From Octopus vulgaris (Eukaryota), in contig OX597826.1 in NCBI GenBank assembly GCA_951406725.2, forward strand, positions 83,080,001 through 83,144,000: DNA of 64,000 nucleotides, given 5' to 3'. The first letter of the stretch is position 1; each line of letters begins with the position of its first letter. Made by a program: the position numbers and the translations under genes. Under the pieces are notes generated by a model. The model was not told the DNA's origin, searched no databases, and worked only from the letters and a program-made list of their open reading frames with translations. Positions 56,607-64,000 of the stretch are shown here, in pieces.

Positions 56607-57038
56607 GTTTATGTGTACATTTATATGAATATATATGGGCGTATGTGTATATATATATATATATATATAGATAGATGAAAGGGTTAAAGTTTATATATGA
56701 ATATATAAACTGAAAGCCTTGAAGATACATTACAACGTAATGGGTTACGTTTAACTTTTCCCATGCTCTTTTCTAATTGCTCTCCACCTTCAGGAATGAT
56801 CTTCGTCGCTTTGGTAATTATGTTTTCTTTCATGAAATGATCTAACCTATGGAGAAACTTGATACTTTTTACTTACATTTTTTTAGAAACGAATCAAAAG
56901 TCATTATTTCATCTCGTCCATCATAGTTAACAAGTAATTATTTCTTTTTTTATGTTTTCATAATCTTCACTCTCCAATATTTAACAGCTTGTCATATCTT
57001 CGAACTAATTTCCTTGTTCTCTGTTTCCCCCTCTCTCC

Positions 57039-57075
<37 letters not shown>

Positions 57076-57704
57076 GCTTTCTTACTCTCTCCTTCTCGGT
57101 GTAACTCTCTATATCCTTCGCATTTTTCTTCCGTATTTCTTTCTCACTTCTCAATTATTTTTCCCTTCTTTATATTGTGCTTAAACAATCTCTTTAATTC
57201 ATCTTTAATTTCACACCAGATCTTTCCAATCTATTCCGTTTCAAAGAAGCGTTCGAATTAAAGCAGCACTGCGGTAACAATAACTCCCCCGATATACAAT
57301 CGCACTCTTTCAACTCTGGTCGTCCCTCAAAGCACTTTAATCACATCGGGGATCGATGCACTTAGCAGAATTTTTAGTATTCATAAATATTTCCTGCTTG
57401 TCGAAGAATCGTTAGAATTCCGGGAAAATGCTTTCTTTTGATTTCAAGCTCTGCTACAGCCAGCTTTGCCTTTCATACTCTGAGCATCATATTTATAAAG
57501 TAGCGGTCAAATACTGCGGTCGATTGACCCTTGACATCAAATTTTCGCCCTTGTGTCTATGTTATAAACAATTATGTCGTGATTTTTCCTTGTAATATTC
57601 TTTCTTATTTGCCCTTGAGTCAAATAAAACGACCTGATTAATACTATTTATCATCCCCAATTTGTCTTTCCTCAGTCTGGGGCTAATAAAATAAAGAGTA
57701 AAAG

Positions 57705-57962
57705 AACCAGGCAAGGTCGTTTATGGAAGACCAGGAGTCACTCATGCACACCAGCCCCTCCTCCCCATGCTACTGATGCTATCCAAGGGAAAGGCAATGG
57801 GGCCGATACAACTTGGCATCAGTGACGTCGCGACTCATTTCTACAGCTGAATGAACTGGAGCAACGTGAAATAGAGTGTCTTGCTCAAGAACACAACACA
57901 CAGCCCGGTCCGGGAATCGAACGCACTACCTTATGGTTGTGATCCCGACACTCTAACCATTG
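57705..57962 (-). mobile_element. tRNA-derived SINE, same family as 42796-43112
   Basis: Colinear over about 240 bp (ggggccgatac..cagtgacgtcgc.actcatttctacagctga..ttgctcaagaacacaac). Confidence 0.88.
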
Positions 57963-58688
57963 AATAATGTACCAATAATGCACGATGAATAATATAATCG
58001 ATTGTTCCCTCGCCAAACTTTGGTCTCCATCAGGACACAAATTTAAAGAGAGGATAGAAATTACAAAGTTTTCTGTGTGTCACCATTAGTAATTTCTGGA
58101 ATCAGGCGTGTTGTTGGCTGTCATCTTGAAATGTTTATGTGGGCGTTCGGTTGCGCCCTCTTTTAAAGTCGGAACACTTCCAATCTGTAAAGGTTGTGAA
58201 ACAGCTGCTGTCTTATGCAGACCAGATCTATTTATCAATCGTGACAGGTAAAGGTTGCTACACTGCTATCCTTTGCTAAGTGAAAGGCAGGCAGTTTGTC
58301 TTTCTGTTATGTAGCCATAGCCAAGCATGTAGAGGGGTGGGCAAGACTGGGTAGACCGAGAAATGGTATTTTCCTCTTCGGCCAATCCTCATCAATATTT
58401 TCAAATATTATATGAAGATACAAAAAACGGTTGATGACAGAAGCGTTGCTTTTAATAATGGATGAATGTGATAAATGTAGCTTGTCTGGTTGAGCAAATT
58501 CTAAATATGTGGCTGGAAGCAAAAGAACAGGACTAAGAAAAGTGTATTTGTCCTCGGTATTTACGCTAAACCGAAATTTGTAAAGTTCTATGGACAGACA
58601 TGAATTATTAGAACCATACATTTTTTCTATATTTAATATTACTTCTTATTTCATTTGTTATTAACTCTGCAGCGTCAGAGTGAACCCT

Positions 58689-58747
<59 letters not shown>

Positions 58748-58959
58748 AATGTACCCTTCTTTAGCAAGTGCATTCACTCCTGACCTCGATACCCTTCTAT
58801 AAAAGCTTCAGTGCAAACTTTTCTATTCGTATCGATACTTTCTCACTCCTTTTCTTTCCCTTCTTCGGTCAATATATTCTCTCTTCTTCCTGCTATCTGC
58901 TTTAAACATCATACTTTCTTATTATTGTTGTTATTATTATTACTATTGTTATTTCCTGG

Positions 58960-59340
58960 GTCAGGCGTAGACCGAGGTAGGGCGCTTGGCACCTAGAGTG
59001 TCTCAAAGCGCACACTGCCCTCCACCAGTCGGGAAATGCAGTCGATGTAAATTCCACCTTGGAGTTCTATAGGATTAGTAGAAGACCTCAAAGAGGTCCT
59101 GAGCATCGGGGATGCGGATCAACTGACTGGTCTCTTCTGGAGGACTTTCGGGCCGGGAACTATGGATAACTTTCAGAAATCCCTGGCCTGGCAGTGCTAT
59201 TGCGGGGCGCTGCCTGTTCCAGATAACCTCTACAGGCACGGGTGTGTAGTCAGTCGGGCTTCTCCGAGATGTAGGCGGAGCGATAAACCCGTTCTGCATA
59301 CTCAAGTACAGTGTCCACGCATTGCTGACTTGTGGAGTTT
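58960..59340 (+). mobile_element. Tx1/L1-clade zf-RVT fragment
   Basis: MDNFQKSLAWQCYCGALPVPDNLYRHG..PRC..VLH..QCPRIADLW, homologous to 49446-50003. Confidence 0.82.
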
Positions 59341-59347
59341 TTACTTT

Positions 59348-59507
59348 GATTACATTATTTACATTATTTACATTTGACGGATATTTATTTTCATCTTGTT
59401 TGTTGTTAATACAACAATTCAGCTGATATGCCCTCCAGCCTTCATCAGGTGTCTTGGGGAAATTTCGAACCTGGGTTCTCATTCCTAAGGTATTTTACGA
59501 TGTTATT
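59348..59507 (-). mobile_element. Short element with degenerate minimal hammerhead and (TGTAAATAA) tail
   Basis: Minus strand GACAC-CTGATGAA-GGCTG-loop-CAGCT-GAAT-TG-TT-GTATT (59408-59453). Confidence 0.55.
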
Positions 59508-59508
59508 A

Positions 59509-59576
59509 TGGCGTAGTGGTTCAGAGCGCGGGCTACTAGCCCCAAAATTCCGAGTTCGATTAAAGGCAGTGACCTG
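59509..59576 (+). mobile_element. Isolated tRNA-like SINE head followed by (AAT)n
   Basis: A box TGGCGTAGTGG (59509-59519), B box GAGTTCGATT (59552-59561); no intact acceptor stem, so not a tRNA gene. Confidence 0.7.
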
Positions 59577-59622
59577 AATAATAATAATAATAATAACAAT
59601 AATAATAATAATAATAATAATG

Positions 59623-59701
<79 letters not shown>

Positions 59702-59870
59702 CAAGTAGTTATAGCCCGTCTCTTCTATTTGCTTCATAATCTCCCCCGACGGTATAGCTAGCCCAACACTTCTTAATAATAATAATTGATTTTGCCTCCC
59801 TAAAAGTGTGGTGTGTTTGTCTTGAAGAGAAATAAAATCAATTATTATTATTATTATTAATATTATTATT

Positions 59871-60762
<892 letters not shown>

Positions 60763-60764
60763 TA

Positions 60765-60850
<86 letters not shown>

Positions 60851-60851
<1 letters not shown>

Positions 60852-62340
60852 GGCAGTTTTGCTTTTATTTCAAACCTTCACTCCTTTACTGAGCGCAGTT
60901 CTCTATACACTGGATGGATGCAACGCTTTGTTTCGCTTTAGCTCTATTTACTGTGCTGACAATGTTCTTCCTAATCTATTTGTATGGTTCTTACCAGTGC
61001 TATTTTCTGTATGTTATGCATATTTATAAGTCTTGGAATTTTGGTTCCGTATTTGTCGGCATGTTTTTATCATTCCTAAAGGAGCTATTATTAGAGAGAT
61101 TGTTTCTGTTTTCAGGCTCCACATTCAGGTTATCTCTATGTCCAGATCTTTAGATTTGGATAATTTCCCATCTTTTTCAGATTATTATCATTTGTTGGAA
61201 CAGATATGTCGATTAGAAAGGATTTCGTTTTCCTGGCTGTCATTGACAACAATATCTGGTCGATTAATCTTGATGTGCCTGTTTGCGTATCTGTGTATAT
61301 TTGTTTATACTTGCTTAACTATCTTCAGAAACTATTTTCCCGTTCTATGCTTATATCTTTTCCCTTGGTATTTCATGGTGTTGGCATAACTTCCAGTATA
61401 TGTAATCTTCAACTGTGACATGCTTCTGGATGTATTCTACCTCGGTTAAGACTATGCAGTCAGAAAGCGTGGTTAATTGTTTCTTCCACATCTCTACATC
61501 TTCGGCAGCCACTCTATTCTTCTTCCTCATCTGGCGTTTTCTAGTGGGGATGGGAGAGACCTTGGTCCTGTGCCGCAGTAAAGAACCTTCCATTCTCTAC
61601 ACTGAATCCTGCATTTCTCAGCCAGTGCTGGGAATTTTTCCTCTCCTTCCATTCTGTTTAGCTTCTTTTTTTTCCTAATACTGACGACGCAGTGTTTTTC
61701 TTGCCATTATTTCATTTTGACATTCTGTAGTTCCAATTTTAGTTCAGATTTTAGTTGTTTCACTATTTCTGCTTTTGTTTCTTCGTTTTCTTCGTGATTG
61801 TCTTTTACTGCAGCTTCTCTGCTGTGTGTTTACTTTCCTTCTTTATTTATTTATTTATGTTTAATTTTTTGTTTCGTAGCTATCTGAACTAAATTCCCAT
61901 GATTCTGTTTTACAAATATTTTTTACTCTGTTTTGTGAATGTTTTGTAATTGTGGCTTACAAGTATGATGCCGTGTTTTATTCGTCGGAAAATCAATCTC
62001 AGATTTTGTGTGGTATTTTCTAATGTAGCCAATATTTTCCTTGCATTCCTGATTAATTATGCTAGTTCATTTAACGTCCAATTAAGAGTAATTATAACTC
62101 ATTTAAAACTATGTTAATTAGAGTATTCATGCCTTTTACCTTATTTTCTTTATATTTTTCTGTTTTAATTATTAATCTGGTACACCTAAAATATCATTCC
62201 TTCCTAACCATTTCATTCTTTTGTGGGTGTTAAACCACTGCCTAATTCGTAGATTCCTAAAGTATATCTATGTTTGATTCAATTCTGTTACGGCATCTGA
62301 TTTATCTAGTGTGAAATTCCATCCGTCCATTTACACTTCC
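60851..62340 (-). mobile_element. Degraded R4/Dong-type fragment, related older subfamily
   Basis: 3' UTR cggcagttttg..tactgagcgcagttct resembles the 27631 family; YIYWKLCQHHEIP, RPDIVV-like and AAQDQ-like motifs on the minus strand. Confidence 0.75.
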
Positions 62341-62459
62341 CGCTTTTCCTGACAGAGCTGCTAGGACAGAGTTCTCAAGCATCTCCTCCATACAGTTCCC
62401 CCAGAGGCAACTGTCATTAGTTTCTTGTTGAATCTCAAGCGTGACCGACAGAGATTATG

Positions 62460-63010
62460 GGTATTATCCAACCATCGCATTCTTGGTCAACAACTGAGTC
62501 TCTTTATCGGTTGGCTCACCACATGTTCGTAGAACCAGAACCGTGACTAAGAGCTGCTCGTTCTGGAGATCGATCTCTGATCTCTGGGCCACGCATCCTG
62601 TTGATAACGTTGTTCCAGATTTCTTTCGGTGGAATCCAATTTCGGCCAACATTCATAATTATTGATGAGGATCGGCACGAAAAGCGAATTAAAGGTTGCA
62701 AGATCGGCATTTTTATTACCAATATCTCATTTTCTGAGAGTTGAATACTAGAAGTGGCTCATTGCTGTACCAGACCCTACACTTCTAGCATCCAGCTCCA
62801 CCTCCTGCCAACCTGCATCAGTAATATTCCACTGACATACAGAGAGAATTGGGAAGACCTTCTTGAGTGGAATGATACTTCAGTCTTCGCAACACTAATT
62901 CTCGTCCTTACCTTGCAGCAATCGGCAGAGAATCATTGCAAGGTTTGCTGGAGATTACATTTTGATGAACTGAGAAACATCATGCCGTCTGCACATGTCA
63001 ATGGACCGAT
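62460..63010 (-). mobile_element. RTE-clade (Rex3/Expander-like) LINE RT remnant
   Basis: Minus translation IGPLTCADGMMFLSSSKCNLQQTLQ*FSADCCKVRTRISVAKTEV..LYVSGILLMQV matches LLFADD..SS..DLQ..L.RF.AEC..GMRIS..K.E. Confidence 0.7.
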
Positions 63011-64000
63011 CCTACACCACATAATTATGATACAGCTTCCGCAACGGCTGTTCCTGCCAATGTAGTTCGTGGAAATAGTGTTGAGTGAGAAGTTTTCCAC
63101 TTCACACTATTTAACCGAACACAAACATCTGCGCAGTTATCCAGGGATTTCCCAGTAACTATAAGTTGCCCATTAATCCCAAACTCTTGTAAAATCCTCT
63201 ACAGCATGTCCTGCAGCACGTGGTTATATGTCTTTTTGAGCCATATAAACATACACTTCTTGGCAATAGGTCCATGAATTCTCAGAGTCCTGTCGTGGAG
63301 TGAATATCTAGTCGGTTGTTCTGAGTCCAGGACAGAAGTCAATTTATCTTTCAGCTACCGTACATTCGACAATTTTCCTACATCTTTTTTCCAGATACCT
63401 AGCTTAGACCTTACCAGAGAGGCTCAACAAGGAGATTCTCTAAAATTAGAAGACTCTCTTTTGTCGCCCTTTTACAAATTGGGACTGCTACGCCAGATTA
63501 CCATGGTTTTGAGGTCTTTTCAGAGGTTCATGCCACTTGGCATACACGAGTCAACAAGAGAATACCTTCGCTATTTAAGACTTTTAGCATCTCACACCAA
63601 ATGTCATCCTCTCCAAGGGCCTTGCCACATTTGAACGCTTTAACCGCACCTGTGACTACCACCTCTGTGAGGTTAGTCGTTGCCCTTAAATGCATCTGAT
63701 GGTCATCAAAATTTTTATTGCGACTGGATGCTAACTAATCTTTCCAGCTCCTAAGGATACTACTCTCAGTACAATCCCAGCCGAGATGGTACTGACAGAT
63801 TTGGAAAAGTTCTTCTTACAAACACAACAAAAGGTCTGCTTCAATTCTTTATTAGCCGATTTACTGCCGGAGTCCAGCTTAACCCCAGAGACCTTTTATT
63901 ACTTATTCTTGGACGTTTTACTGTCTCTCCTGCAACGTTTCTCACTTCAGACACAAAAGGAGAGACCCGTTTCCAAGCCGAACTGTGTAAACCTCCTTTT

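Noticed and set aside
59509-59576. tRNA gene (also SINE heads at 39855, 43112, 50026)
   Set aside because: A/B boxes present but no complete cloverleaf or acceptor stem

Overview
AT-rich eukaryotic DNA saturated with microsatellites ((AAT)n, (AT)n, (AC)n, (GATA)n, (CATA)n) and retroelement debris. The repeat make-up suggests a coleoid cephalopod such as Octopus (inference). No host protein-coding gene can be supported: nearly all tracked ORFs are microsatellite read-throughs or transposon remnants. Recognisable content: (i) several divergent 5'-truncated R4/Dong-type non-LTR retrotransposons (CCHC knuckle + restriction-like endonuclease) nested in (AAT)n tracts; (ii) eight copies of a ~555-590-bp non-coding, non-tRNA element that sits only in (AAT)n tracts and appears to use the same machinery; (iii) Penelope-like remnants (GIY-YIG, RT) with several minimal type I hammerhead motifs, one intact with a compensatory A3-U8 core pair; (iv) tRNA-derived SINEs with modular tails, one sharing its 3' end with a Tx1-type LINE; (v) CR1, Tx1, RTE and pogo/Tigger fragments, foldback repeats and two ABAB tandem arrays. 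All alignments were made by eye, so boundaries of degraded elements are approximate.
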